Shown here: positions 38,120-50,870 of the stretch, piece by piece
Layout: the number at the start of each line of letters is the position of its first letter
How positions within the stretch are numbered: the stretch's first letter is position 1
Assembly: GCF_006345805.1 (NCBI RefSeq)
Contig: NW_021833040.1
Coordinates: 1 to 64,000, forward strand
Origin: Octopus sinensis
Lineage: Eukaryota
Reading direction: 5' to 3'
Length of the DNA stretch: 64,000 nucleotides
Notes under the pieces: model-generated
Database searches by the model: none
What the model saw: the letters and a program-made list of their open reading frames with translations, nothing else
Told to the model about the DNA's origin: nothing
Position numbers and translations under genes: made by a program

Positions 38120-38411
38120 AATTTAATATGATTTCAGCAAAAATTCTCTTCTTCACTTCTCTAATACATACCCACCATATAACCCTCATATATAGTATAC
38201 AGGAGGCGATGGGTAATTTGTCGCATGCGCATCGTTTTTTTTTTTAGTTTCAGTTTGTCTGCTACACAGTATAGTAATGTTAGTTGGTCACCGTTAGTGA
38301 GAAAAACAACACCATGACGCAATTCCCTCTACCAGAAATTTGGAAACTACCTGCCCATGCTCTTCTGATTGGCATTCACATTAGAAGAACCAATAAATTT
38401 CAGAATGTATG

Positions 38412-39646
38412 TACGGAAGTATTACACAAAAGTAACCAGAAACGTTCTCTGTGGAAAAGCCCGTTGTAGTACCCGCTTCTGCCGCTCGATGGCACTTGAT
38501 GCAATAATCAGGCATTAGTCTGCTTCCCAGCGTCATCGAGTGGAGCGGTACAGTCACGTGGCATCGAGTGAAGTGGTACTGCCACGCGTCTTTGTTTTGC
38601 AGTGTTTCTCTTCTGTTCGCCGATGTTTGCGATGGCTGGAACAAAGGAATAGCGCACGTCCGTGAAATTCTGTTTTCTGCTGGGGAAAACGGCGGCCAAA
38701 ACAGTTTTTATGCTTCAAGCGTCTCACAGGCTCGCTGCCATCAGCAAAACATATGTTCACGAATAGTTTTCACGCTTTAGGAATTGTCACTTGTCACTTG
38801 AAAACCAACATTCTAAACGAATGAAAAACATCGTGAAAATTGATGGAGGATTGTCGACGAACAGTTGACGAACTTGTTGATTATAATTGGTTGATATATC
38901 TTGGAGCTTCTGCCGACTAAATATGAGCGATGAATTGCGAATGAAAAAGAGTTACAGAAAAATGTGTGCCTCGCTGGCTCACGGGAGATCAAATGCAGTC
39001 AGTTGGGAGTTGATCCGAATCACTTTTCGAAGGTCATCACAGGTGACGAAAGCTGCTGTTACGCCTACGGCCCAGAAACGAAACAGCAATTAAATCAGTG
39101 GAAGTATTCAATGTTACCAGCCTCCCACGCCAAAAGCGCGTCAAATGAAGTCCAATATCAAGACGATGCTGATATGTTTCATCGATTCGAAAGCAATTGT
39201 CCACAGAGAATTTGTTCCTTCTGGTCAGAACCTCTAAGCAGACATTTCACCGGACAATTCTAAAGCGTTTGTGAGACGCGGTGCGACGAAATCTTTCCGA
39301 CCTGTGGTAACGTCAATGCGCCCTGAATGAGAGACAGTTTTGCCAAAGACAGCAGGATCTTGCTAACTACCCTCCCTGCAATTTTTTTCTGTTCCGCCCA
39401 ATGAATAAAAATCCTTAAGAGAAAACCTTTTGCAGAGAAAGAGATCAAGAAAAAGCGACGGAGGCGTTAAAAGGCATCACTTTGCAAGATTTCCAGGACT
39501 CCTTCGAACAGTGGACAATGCGTCTGGACCGATACATTGCTTCAAATAGCGGATACTTTGAAGGCGAAAAAAAGTGTAAACATGTAAAACCGTGGGAATA
39601 AAATCGTATGGCAAAATTACGATTTCTTTTGGGTCCCCCTAACATA
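38412..39646 (+). mobile_element. Degraded mariner (Tc1/mariner) DNA transposon
   Basis: Frameshifted transposase: MAGTKE*RTSVKFCFLLGKTAAKT (HTH), KCVPRWLT (WVPHEL-like), KVITGDES..Y.Y.PETKQQ, KTMLICFIDSKAIVHREFVP, CNFFLF, ...RLDRYIASNSGYFEG; diverged ITRs with TA flanks; ~1.24 kb. Confidence 0.92.
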
Positions 39647-40349
39647 GGTGCATACGTACAAGTGACCCAATATAGAACAGCAAGTTCATCCATTTAGGAA
39701 AATGAAAATTATCTCGTTCAAATCACTAAAAGGAAAAGTAATCTAATTAAAAGTTAAATGTAATTAACCATTTCTGAGACCCAAGCAAAAGTTAATGTTC
39801 AGAGAGTTATACTTTTGATAAATTGTTCAAATATATCACATCATGGGATAACTGTAAAAAATATGTTCACCATAACCGAATGTAATTTTAGGTGTAATGA
39901 GTTCTTCATGCTTAACAGTGAATATTTAAGCAAAGCAATTATATATGAAAGAAAGATAGCTTCCCAAGTGAGTAGCGTGAGCGCGTAAGGAAAATGCTAG
40001 TCTGCTTGATAAATTGACAGCTAAAAGCGAAAAGTTGTTTGCTCCAGCACAGTGTCTCCTTTAGGAATGAATATAATCGAAATATCAGAGCACTGTCCAG
40101 ATAAGTATGGAAATTGAATACAGCTGTTTTGTTCATGTTGATAGGAACGGTTCAACCATGCAAAATATGACGGTCTGTTATAGAAAAGAGAAGTGCTAAG
40201 ATCATAGTATACAACGTAGTAGTATAGAGAAGCTTACTCATTAAGTAACGACGCGTAAATAGTATACAAATTACATCAGTAGATGAGGAAATATAGCAAC
40301 TGGGAAAGGGAGACAAATCGTGAATGACAGTACTAAATGTGCGGATATA

Positions 40350-41158
40350 GGCAAAAGTAGAGTCTTGTAAAAGTACAACCAGCCGCCATTTTTTAAATAA
40401 CGATATTCATGTACAAATCAATTTCTTTGCCTTCTAAAGGCTGACTCTCAAACTGGCGAGCCTTTTCCCCGTTGTCAAACGGCAACCGTACGGTTGCATG
40501 TTTGACACCAAGGGATATATATTTTAAAGAGGACAAATATTCTTTAAGTTCATTTTTTATAACTTGTTTTCGGAAGACGGTGATGGAATTAAGAACTTTA
40601 GAATAAGTTCTAAGTACCACCGTCTTCTCCTCCATATCTTTTAACCACTGCTTAGGCGGATTAATTTCCCACTCTAAGACAGAGTTTTTCTTTTTAAGTT
40701 CCTTCTCTGCCATGTCAAAAACATTTCAAAAGTAGTTAAAAGACAGTCTGCCAAAAAATTAAACCGAATAAAATATAAAACAAAATAAAAGAGGAAGGGG
40801 GAAACTGAAATTAAAGTAATGAAAAGAATGAACCAAAATTTAGAAAAAAAGAAAAAATAGAAGGGAAATAGCACAGACAGGGAATCCTTTGTACAATACT
40901 CCAAAAAAGGTAATCCAAATGGCTTATTCTTATTTTTCTGGCGAGATACGCCCACTAGAATTTACAAAACTAATTTTCAAGCAAAAATTCTCAATTCACC
41001 GTTACGGTGATGAGAACCCAGTATTTTGCTCGCTATAGGGAGCCATAATTGACAATTTTCTTTTTGTTCTTTTTTTCTGTTCACGGAGCCGAAACTCACA
41101 TCGTCTCACTGTAACAGTCCAGACCAACTAGTGTTGCATTCTGGGTAACCGGAAGTAA
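40350..41158 (-). mobile_element. Probable LINE 5' end (5' UTR plus truncated ORF1), L1/Tx1-like
   Basis: 106-aa ORF (40393-40713) with non-repetitive composition, upstream UTR beginning cttccgg at a SINE-B head; clade assignment is inferred. Confidence 0.45.
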
Positions 41159-41639
41159 GCAAACAACTTACCACACAGCCACTCCTACGCCTGTAATTAA
41201 TTATAATCACATTTAACAAATACGTGAGTTCATACTAGCAGCAAAATTAAAGAAGGATTTTAAGCGTTTTACAAACCTAAGCAGCTAGAAAGTTTTAATC
41301 GTTGTTGATAATAAGTTATAAAGACAATCCATGGAGTGGATATTGCAAGATAATTCCTGATCTTGCCTATGACTTAGAAAATTATGTGCGGATGTGCACA
41401 TTGTTAAATAGCAAGATAAATAGATTAATTTAGAATCAATGCATCAGTAATAATTGCGTTGATTAACCTTGGACACTGTAACTAGCACCGTACAGGAAAC
41501 AAAATATACGATTAGAAAAGTGGGAAAAATTATTCAGTATATTTGTAAAATTAGAGCAATTAAATGTCATTTAAATAATAGTACGTTATGTAAATATATA
41601 TAAATTTATAAATACATTATATATATGTGATCTCTTAAG

Positions 41640-41846
41640 CACCACCAGCTCAAATATTTTCTCCTCTGTCTTCCCTCCTTGGGATCTTTCCTTCTCCTTG
41701 TTTCCGACGAAGAGCTCCGCTCGAAACGTTAAACCCTCCTTCCCTTCTTTCCTGAGCGTCAATAATACTTTAATTGTTCCACGTCCTGCGTTGCTGTGTT
41801 TTTTTTTTCTCTCTTTTTTTGTGTGTGTTTTCTTGTTTGGATTAAC

Positions 41847-41848
<2 letters not shown>
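41640..41848 (+). mobile_element. Short Penelope-like element with hammerhead motif, ending in (TA)n
   Basis: Related to the 2466-2660 element (hammerhead-like core plus downstream tcctgagcgt). Confidence 0.5.
41700..41734 (+). ncRNA. Minimal type-I hammerhead ribozyme-like motif (core CCGACGA)
   Basis: GTTT-CCGACGA-A-GAGC-tcc-GCTC-GAAAC-GTT-AAAC. Confidence 0.6.
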
Positions 41849-41878
<30 letters not shown>

Positions 41879-41890
41879 ATTATATAATTA

Positions 41891-42220
41891 GGGTTCAGCC
41901 AAAAAGTTGCTTTACCCCACTGCGAACTATTAGAAATAGCAGCCAAATAATTTAGCTTTTTCTTCTACTTTAAGAAGAGTCTCCAAGATAATGTATACTG
42001 AAAAATATTACACGTATAACTAACCCAGAAACGCGTTCGTTCACAAGTAATCAATCTTTCGAGTGAACATTCGTTATTTTCCTTCTATACCTACGTGTAA
42101 TGTTTTTGAGTATACATTATGGGGGGGGGGAGACTTCTTAAAGTAGAAGAAATAGCCAAATTCTTTGGCTGCTATTTCTAATAGTTCGGTGTGTGGTGAA
42201 GCAATTTTTTGGCTGAACCC
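41891..42220. mobile_element. MITE/foldback element, 330 bp
   Basis: gggttcagccaaaaagttgct...agcaattttttggctgaaccc; arms pair for >130 bp; TAATTA on both flanks. Confidence 0.9.
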
Positions 42221-42360
42221 TAATTATATAAAATAATGTTTAAATTTACCGTAAATGGTCCTTTTACATACTGAACACTTCTTGGTAAAATTATTAATTA
42301 CTAATTAATTAATTAATTAATTAATTTACCCTTATTATTATTGACAATATATATATATAT

Positions 42361-42651
42361 ATATAAATTAAATTAGAGATAAAACCACTATTAGGCAAAT
42401 CAAACAGTGAAAAACATAAAACAAAACATAGAAATAAAATTAATTAATAAAACGTACAAAATATATAAAAAATAAAATTCAAAATATAAATTATTTACAT
42501 TTAAAGTTAAAAATTTAAAAAATTTTATTTTGAATTTTATTTTTTATATATTTTGTACGTTTTATTAATTAATTTTATTTCTATGTTTTGGTTTATGTTT
42601 TTCACTGTTTGATTTGCCTAATAGTGGTTTTATCTCTAATTTAATTTATAT
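42361..42651. repeat. Near-perfect inverted repeat, ~126-bp arms, ~39-bp spacer
   Basis: 42361-42486 vs 42526-42651, about 1 mismatch. Confidence 0.95.
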
Positions 42652-44399
42652 TTATATTTATACTGTAAAATTAGATTTAATCCTAAATCTAATTTTTCCC
42701 TGTATGTTTGGATTTACTCCCTAAAATTATTATTATATATATATATATATGTATGTATATATATATATATATATATATGTCTTCAACTATAAACGTGATA
42801 AAAAACCAGATGTTCAAGACGTGTTCAGAACTCGCGTTTATGACATTTAAACGTGTTCTCTATATTCTTTTGTAATTCAGATGTTAGAGACGTCAAACCG
42901 TTTAATACAACGAGACATTTTTGTAATTCATTCAGCCTATGATTGGTATTTTACTCCAAACGAAGCACATCTTGTTTGACAGTTTATCTCTTTGTATTAA
43001 TATCTTACAGTAAAACTCAATGACAAATGACAATTATTTGTACTGGGAGGACTTGATTATCTGTGGAAATTGTATTGACATCAGGAAAGTACGTATCAAG
43101 TTATAGCTGTCAAATATCTGAAAGCATTAATTACTGAAACGTCACTAATGAAGGTAATGTCTTCATCCGAATATGTAACGTTTCATATAAATCCACTTGA
43201 TTCAAATAATGATTAAGGAAAGGATGAATTAATGACATTGGCAGTATGTGGTAGGCCTGTGAGATGTTACTCTACCTAAAAATTAAATATAGGTGGTGCT
43301 TCAGCGTGGCCGCAGTCAATTGGCTGAGACAAGTAAAAGGATAAAGATACTCTGTATCAGACAGATATAACTAAATTATCAGAAAACAGAATCGAGTTGG
43401 TAAACGTTACAATGCATTTTTCTCTTTATGTCTCCAGCTGACATAAAAAAAAATCATTGTTTGTCTGATTCAGAAACGATGAGCTTATGCTAATCATGAT
43501 TTAATGTGTCCGAAAGCAAACGACAGTAGACGGAATAGGAGTGTTACTGATAAAACCGACCTGAGAATGAAATAAATCAAATAATAATACTGGAAGGATT
43601 TGTTATTAAAATGCAGAAACAGACTATCAGTACAATAATTGTAAGAAAGTCTAATTTATGTAGTTGGGTTTAAAAGCTTTTGATAATTCGACAACAAAGG
43701 GTTTTCACCTCTATCTAAAATGAGACATACTTTGAGGAAAAAGGGTCCACGATTTCCTCCTCTGCACAAGCTTTGCTGATAGATTTTTCCTGGAGGTACA
43801 GGACTTTCCCGTAGCTTTAGCAGTCGCACAAACACAGATGGGGTGAATATTCTTCATTTATTTTGCGAATAAATTCAAATCAAAGATTCCGCAAAAATTA
43901 TAGGCAGGAATAAATTTAAAACGGTTAGAGTTCTACGGAGTAAATAAAGATTACTCTAGTGAGACTAAAGATTGCAAATAAGAAATATCAGCGGGATAGA
44001 ATGAATGTATTAGGGTGACTAGGTAAATATATCAACAGTAATTTTCATGGAGCATAGACTACTAAGTCGATGAGATAAAAATGCAGGACAAGAAGAGTGA
44101 TTGCTTGTGGGCTTTTGAGCGACCCTATGTCTGTGAAACATGTAGCATTTTACTGCATGATATTTAACAAGGTCTTCTGGCTAAATTTGATCTTTTTTAT
44201 GCCTCATTTGTTGAAAAACCTTTTAATGTATTGGTAAACAGGTTATGTCGCCAAGGATCATAAAGATAAAGCTATATTTGAGAAAAAGATAGATAACAAG
44301 ATTGGTTGTAAGCTGAATGTGGGGAAAAATAAACTGTATCATGATGATTCATGGTGGATATCATGTATGCTCTTCCTTACTATGTGGACACTGTTAAGT

Positions 44400-45035
44400 T
44401 TCTACCACGTGATATGGGCAGCTGCAACAGAGACTATAAAACGCTACGAGCAGGAAGGGACACAAAATGCCTTCTGACTGATTCGGCAGGCCGGAATTTA
44501 TCCCCATAGTGCCAAAAGATCAATGACGACGGCTATGTGAAGCTGCAAAAGGTCGAGGTCAAAGGCTGGCTGGAGAGAGCTGCTATCGGAAGGACATATG
44601 TGGATAAGGAGAGTTCGGCTCCTTGATATATCTTCGGAATGTATCAAAAGTGGTGGTCGGAGAATGTATACGACTTCACTAGGCTCAGTTCTTGGCAGCC
44701 TAATCACTCTAAATGTAACCTCATGGATGTGGGGCGCAGTTGAGAAATATACCTATCGATCTGCATACAACACCAAATCCGAGCTTGTGGCTAAGATCAA
44801 GTGGGTGTTCGAAGATTTTCTCAGTGACAGAGGGAGGAATAATATAAACGCCAGCTTCCGGATCCGTCTTGAAGCCGTGCTGCAAGTTGAGCGCGATTAT
44901 ATTGAGTAAGCTGTTATCTCCTAGACATAATGCACTTGATACACTTTTTACTTTCTAAAAAACACTTTATTTTAGATAAGGTAGTAGTTTTCTTTAACTT
45001 TTATGCAGACTGTCAAATTTATCCTGAACATCCAC
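44400..45035 (+). mobile_element. Internally deleted maT/DD37D-like Tc1/mariner transposon
   Basis: Decayed C-terminus INDDGYVKL..VEVKGWLERAAIGRTYV...SAP...QKWWSEN...WQPNHSKCNLMD..WGAVEK...SAYNTKSELVAKIK...FRIRLEAV....DYIE*; right end ctgtcaaatttatcctgaacatccac|TA. Confidence 0.8.
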
Positions 45036-46455
45036 TAGTTTATTTGTGTGTGCATGCGCATGTGCGATGTTCTAAGTGTATCAGTGTCACTTTCATTGTT
45101 GCTACTGTTATCTATTTCCACATTTATTTTATAATTTCTAAAGATTTATGTCACAGGCAACGGTTGCTGGATATAAACTTAAAATATAGAGATATGTTAC
45201 TGTATTAGTCAATGTGTTTTCTGTGTGATGTTCTTTCCTTTTTCACAGCTTACAATTTTTGCAAAATATTGCTTTCCGTTTCCGCTAGTGTGAGTGCACC
45301 ACTCCTCTGGACGTATACAGTTGAATAACCAGGCCTCCGTACCTCACTGGTGCTTATATCAGAAGGAATGAGGAAATACCCATTCAAAACATAGAACTGA
45401 GTTTATAATGTACATGTTTGTAATAAAATATCACTTTACCGTATGCCAAATAGTCTCTTTTTTTTTGTATGTATAGTAATATTAGTAAGAATAATTTTTA
45501 GCAACATCGATTTTGCTATATTTCTACATGTTAATACTAATATAACACACAGGATGATTAATCGCAGACATTTTGATACGCAGCCGACTCTGTAGGTTGC
45601 AAATTATTAAATGTCATACTCAGAAATATATGCTGTATTCCTCGGGCTTTTTCATCCGTGGCAAATACCATTTTAACTTTACCGAAGTCACAACCTTTGT
45701 GCGAATCGGTATTTTCTCGCAGCACTTTCTCTTAACATCTATGGTTTCTAACATTATATCGTGGAGAATTCAGTTTATTACATTCATCTTTTTATCATGA
45801 AAAGCAAAAAAAGAAATATATATATATATACATATATATACATATAACAAAGTCCATTTTTCTAACGGAGTACATAAGCACGTTTTTATATCCTCCACAA
45901 TGCTCGAGGTGATTGCAAATTACTTTTCTTTTATCCAATCATTTCCAATATTATTCTTAACATTTGTCTTAGGATGCTATGGCTATCGCAGTGACGAGAA
46001 TAAAAAAGGCATGTGTCAAGGACATGCGACTTGGACAAAAGACGCAAGAATAAGAATAAAATATTCGACGAAAAAGTGTTCAAATTAAACTGGTCTGCTG
46101 ACACCAACGCAACCATTATTTCACAATTGATGTTGTTGTTTCCGAAATAAAACCTGCGGGTACTTCATATGAGAAAATGTATTAACGTTTGTATTTCAGC
46201 ATCATATGACTCACGGATCATCTTCACCTGCAAATATGAGCTCTCTTCCGGTTTTATTTTCGATGACAGGTGAAAAAGTTGTGATATCTGCTTGAGAGCA
46301 TTGAACAATATACTAAACGAAAAGAAATGAGTTTTCTTTAAGGTTCTTTACTTTTACAATTACATTACAGTCAAAGTATGTAAAGAGCCGAAACCTTTAA
46401 TTTATCCGATGGTTTACAATCAGGAATTTAAAGAAACGCATTAGATCCATACACT

Positions 46456-46608
46456 TTAGTCGAGCAAATCGACCCCAGGACTTATTCATTGTAAGCCTAG
46501 TACTTATGCTATCGGGCTCCTTTTTACCGAACCGCTAAGTACGAGTACGTAAACACATCAGCATCGGTTGTCAAGCGATGTTGGGAGGACAAACAGAGAC
46601 ACGCAGAC

Positions 46609-46639
<31 letters not shown>

Positions 46640-46822
46640 TATATATATATACATATATACGACGGGCTTCTTTCAGTTTCCATCTACTAAATCCACTCAA
46701 AAGGCTTTGGTCGGCCCGAGGATATAGTAGAAGGCAGTTGCAGAAGGTGCCACGCAGTGGGACTGAACCCGGAACAATGTGGCTCGTAAGCAAACTACTT
46801 ACCACACAGCCACTCCTACGCC
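46456..46822 (-). mobile_element. SINE family B, tail truncated
   Basis: Family match. Confidence 0.92.
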
Positions 46823-47542
46823 TATATTCATATTTGTTTTTAAACTATAAATCCTACCCTCTTATATGAAACGCGAAAGGAGATTCAAACACGTCATCTT
46901 ATGTAACAAATGTATCCATATTTTAAGTGGTGAAGGTTGAATATATCGATTAAATACTTCGGTCGCTGAAATATCATTGATGTAGTGTTGTTGTTTGTAA
47001 TTAGAAAAACGCAACAAGAAGCATAGAGGAATTATAATTACATCCATGAAAAATAATGAAAATGTTAATACAAATTGATCGTATCTCTATGGAAAATAGC
47101 ATAGAGAACAACTAAACAATAACAAATCAACTACTTACAAATAGATCATGCTCTGATTTGCTTCAGGATACAAATTAAGAAACAGATGTCTTTGACTCGA
47201 AGATTCAGATAGGAGTTCGTTTGGAAAGCATCAGTGAAGCACTGACTGCAAAAAAAAAAAAAAAAAAAAATAATAATAATAAAATTAAAGAAATAAAAGA
47301 AAAAACATTGAACTCTATATTAAATATTGGTACGTAGTATCAACGGTACATCATTTTCTCCCACTCACATATTTATTTTTCACACACACACACATATATA
47401 TGTGTATACACGTGCCTGCATTTACATATATACACACAGACAAACTCAGAAGCAAATACAAAACCAAAGAAATACACACATAGAATGCTTCATACACCAA
47501 ATCATAAAAGAGCAATAAAACTACGTGATATATACATACATG

Positions 47543-47707
47543 GGCGCAGAGGTGGCTGTGTGGTAAGTAGCTTGCTTACCAACAACATGGTTCCGGGTTC
47601 AATCCCACTGCGTGGCACCTTGGGCAAGTGTTTTCTACTATAGCCTCGGGCCGAATAAAACATTGTGAGTGGATTTGGTAGACGGAAACTGAAAGAAGCC
47701 CGTCGTA

Positions 47708-47757
<50 letters not shown>

Positions 47758-47966
47758 CGTGTATGTTTGTGTGTCTGAGTTTGTCCCCCTAGCATTGCTT
47801 GACAACCGATGCTAGTGTGTTTATGTCCCCGTCACTTAGCGGTTCGGCAAAGCGACCGATAGAATAAGTACTGGGCTTACAAAGAATAAGACCCGGGGTC
47901 GAGTTGCTCGACTAAAGGCGGTGCACCAGCATGGCCGCAGTCAACTGACTGAAACAAGTAAAAGAG
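47543..47966 (+). mobile_element. SINE family B, full length
   Basis: Family match. Confidence 0.95.
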
Positions 47967-48202
47967 AAATATATAAATATATACATACATACATATATAT
48001 ATATACATATGTATGTATATGTATATATATAAGTATGTATATATGTATATATATATATGTATGTACATGTATATATATATATATAAATGTATGTACATGT
48101 GTGTGTGTATATATATTATGACAGAGAAAGAGAGATAAAAAGGGAGACAGAAGGAAGACATAAAAGATTGGTAGCTGGGCGTAGAGAAAATAAATATATG
48201 AA

Positions 48203-48368
48203 GGGTCGCAGGCGTGGGTGTGTGGTAAGAAGATTGCTTCTCAACCACATGGTTCTGGGTTCAGTCTCAGTACATAGCCCGGTGGGCAAATGCCTTCTAC
48301 AGTAGCCTTGGACCGCCCAAAGCCTTGTGAGTCGATTTGATAGACGGAAACTGAAAGAAGCCTGTCGT
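48203..48368 (+). mobile_element. SINE family B, 5' half, diverged
   Basis: Head through gaaagaagcctgtcg. Confidence 0.85.
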
Positions 48369-48374
48369 GTTTAT

Positions 48375-48789
48375 TTACTCTTTTTACTTGTTTCAGTCAT
48401 TTGAATGCGGCCATGCTGGAGCACCGCCTTTAGTCGAGGAACTCGACCCCGGGACTTATTCTTTGTAAGCCCAGTACTTATTCTATCGGTCTCTTTTGCC
48501 GAACCGCTAAGTGACGGGGACGTAAACACACCAGCATCGGTTGTCAAGCAATGCTAGGGGAACAAACACAGACACACAAACATATTCACACGCACTTATA
48601 TATATATATATATATATACATATATACGACAGGCTTCTTTCAGTTTCCGTCTACCAAATCCACTCACAAGGCATTGGTCGGCCCGGGGCTATAGCAGAAG
48701 ACACTTGCCCAAGATGTCACGCAGTGGGACCGAACCCGGAACAATGTGGTTGGTTAGCAAGCTACTTACCAAACAGCCACTCCTGCGCC
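48375..48789 (-). mobile_element. SINE family B, full length
   Basis: Family match. Confidence 0.95.
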
Positions 48790-48795
48790 TATATG

Positions 48796-48918
48796 TATAC
48801 TCTTTTACTTCTTTCTGTCATGTGATTGTGGCTATGCTGGAGTACCGCCTTTAGTCGATGAAATCGACCCCAGGACTTATTCTTTGTAAGCCTAGTACTT
48901 ATTTTATCGGTCTCTTTT
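48796..48918 (-). mobile_element. SINE family B, tail fragment
   Basis: tactcttttactt...gcctagtacttattttatcggtc. Confidence 0.85.
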
Positions 48919-49120
48919 ATCTATATAGATATATATATAGAAGAGAGAGTTGGTATCTGAAAGCACGTTGTTGGATGTATAAAAGGCATAAAATAGTGAA
49001 AAAACTACAGAAGGCTTGTGTTCAATGGTTGAATGTTATAAAATTATGTGTAGAGTAACAGTTTTTGGAAAAATAACCGGTTTCGTATTTTCTTTTCAAA
49101 TTTCTTTAACTATATCGTGT

Positions 49121-49165
<45 letters not shown>

Positions 49166-49167
<2 letters not shown>

Positions 49168-49476
49168 CAAAATTAGAGAATGGAGAAACATACTTAAATC
49201 AATAAAACATCAACTATCAGATGATACCCGATCAATACTTTAATACACCATTACATATCAGGAAAGGCATTATACAAAATATACAGTAAGAGTAAATAAA
49301 CAAAGAGATATAAGTATAAAATTTCAAATATAATATGTAATTAAATCAAATCTGACAGCTGTTTCGGCAGTGAGGGCAGTCATACCTCATTTAACCTATA
49401 AGCCATAAAGGCAGGTATCATCTGATAGTTGATGTTTTATTGATTTAAGTATGTTTCTCCATTCTCTAATTTTGTA
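49166..49476. repeat. Perfect 63-bp inverted repeat, 185-bp spacer, abutting (TA)n
   Basis: 49166-49228 is the exact reverse complement of 49414-49476. Confidence 0.95.
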
Positions 49477-49639
49477 GTATTAATTTACGGTAATATTATT
49501 ACCTTTACCCATATAATACAATAGATGAACTGATTGTTTGGCAATTTTTAACATCTATGTATTAGTCTTGTTGGGTACCTATCTAGCAGTATATTGGATA
49601 TATATTATCCCATGGTGGGTTGAATTTTCAACCCCTATC

Positions 49640-49649
49640 TCATTTTATA

Positions 49650-49682
<33 letters not shown>

Positions 49683-50330
49683 ATATATATATTCACACAT
49701 GTATATATATAATATATATACATATATATACATTCACACATGTATATATATAATATATATACATATATATACATATATACACATACATATACATATATAT
49801 ACATACACACATATATATATATAATATATATACATATATATACATATAATATACATATATATACACATACATATACATATATATACACATACATATACAT
49901 ATATATACACATACATATACATATATATATACACATACATATATATATATACACATATACATATATATATACACATATACATATACACATATACACATAT
50001 ACATATACACATATATATATATACATATATATATACACATAACATATATATATATACATATACATACATATATATACATATACATATACATACATATATA
50101 TACATATATCTATATATATAGATATATACATATATATATACACATATACATATACATATATCTATACATACATACACACACACACATATCTATACATACA
50201 TACACACACACATATATATACATACACACACACACACACATATATATATACATACACACACCACACATATATATATATACACATACACACATATATATAT
50301 ACACATACACACATATATATATATACACAT

Positions 50331-50384
<54 letters not shown>

Positions 50385-50410
50385 CATATATATATATATA
50401 TATATATATC

Positions 50411-50448
<38 letters not shown>

Positions 50449-50483
50449 TATACATATATATATATACATACATATATATACAT

Positions 50484-50514
<31 letters not shown>

Positions 50515-50656
50515 CATACACACACACACACATATATATATATATACACATACACACACACATATATATATATATACACATACACACATATATATATATA
50601 CACATACACACATATATATATATAATATATATATATATACATATATATATTATATA

Positions 50657-50687
<31 letters not shown>

Positions 50688-50763
50688 CAATATATACATA
50701 TATATATATATAATACATATATATATATATATCATATATATATATACATACATATATATACAT

Positions 50764-50800
<37 letters not shown>

Positions 50801-50870
50801 CATACAAACATATATAAATACATATATACAAACAGATAGATAGATAGATAGATAGATATTTCATTTCAGG
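49640..50870. repeat. 1.2-kb compound (TA)/(CA) microsatellite
   Basis: Direct inspection. Confidence 0.97.
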
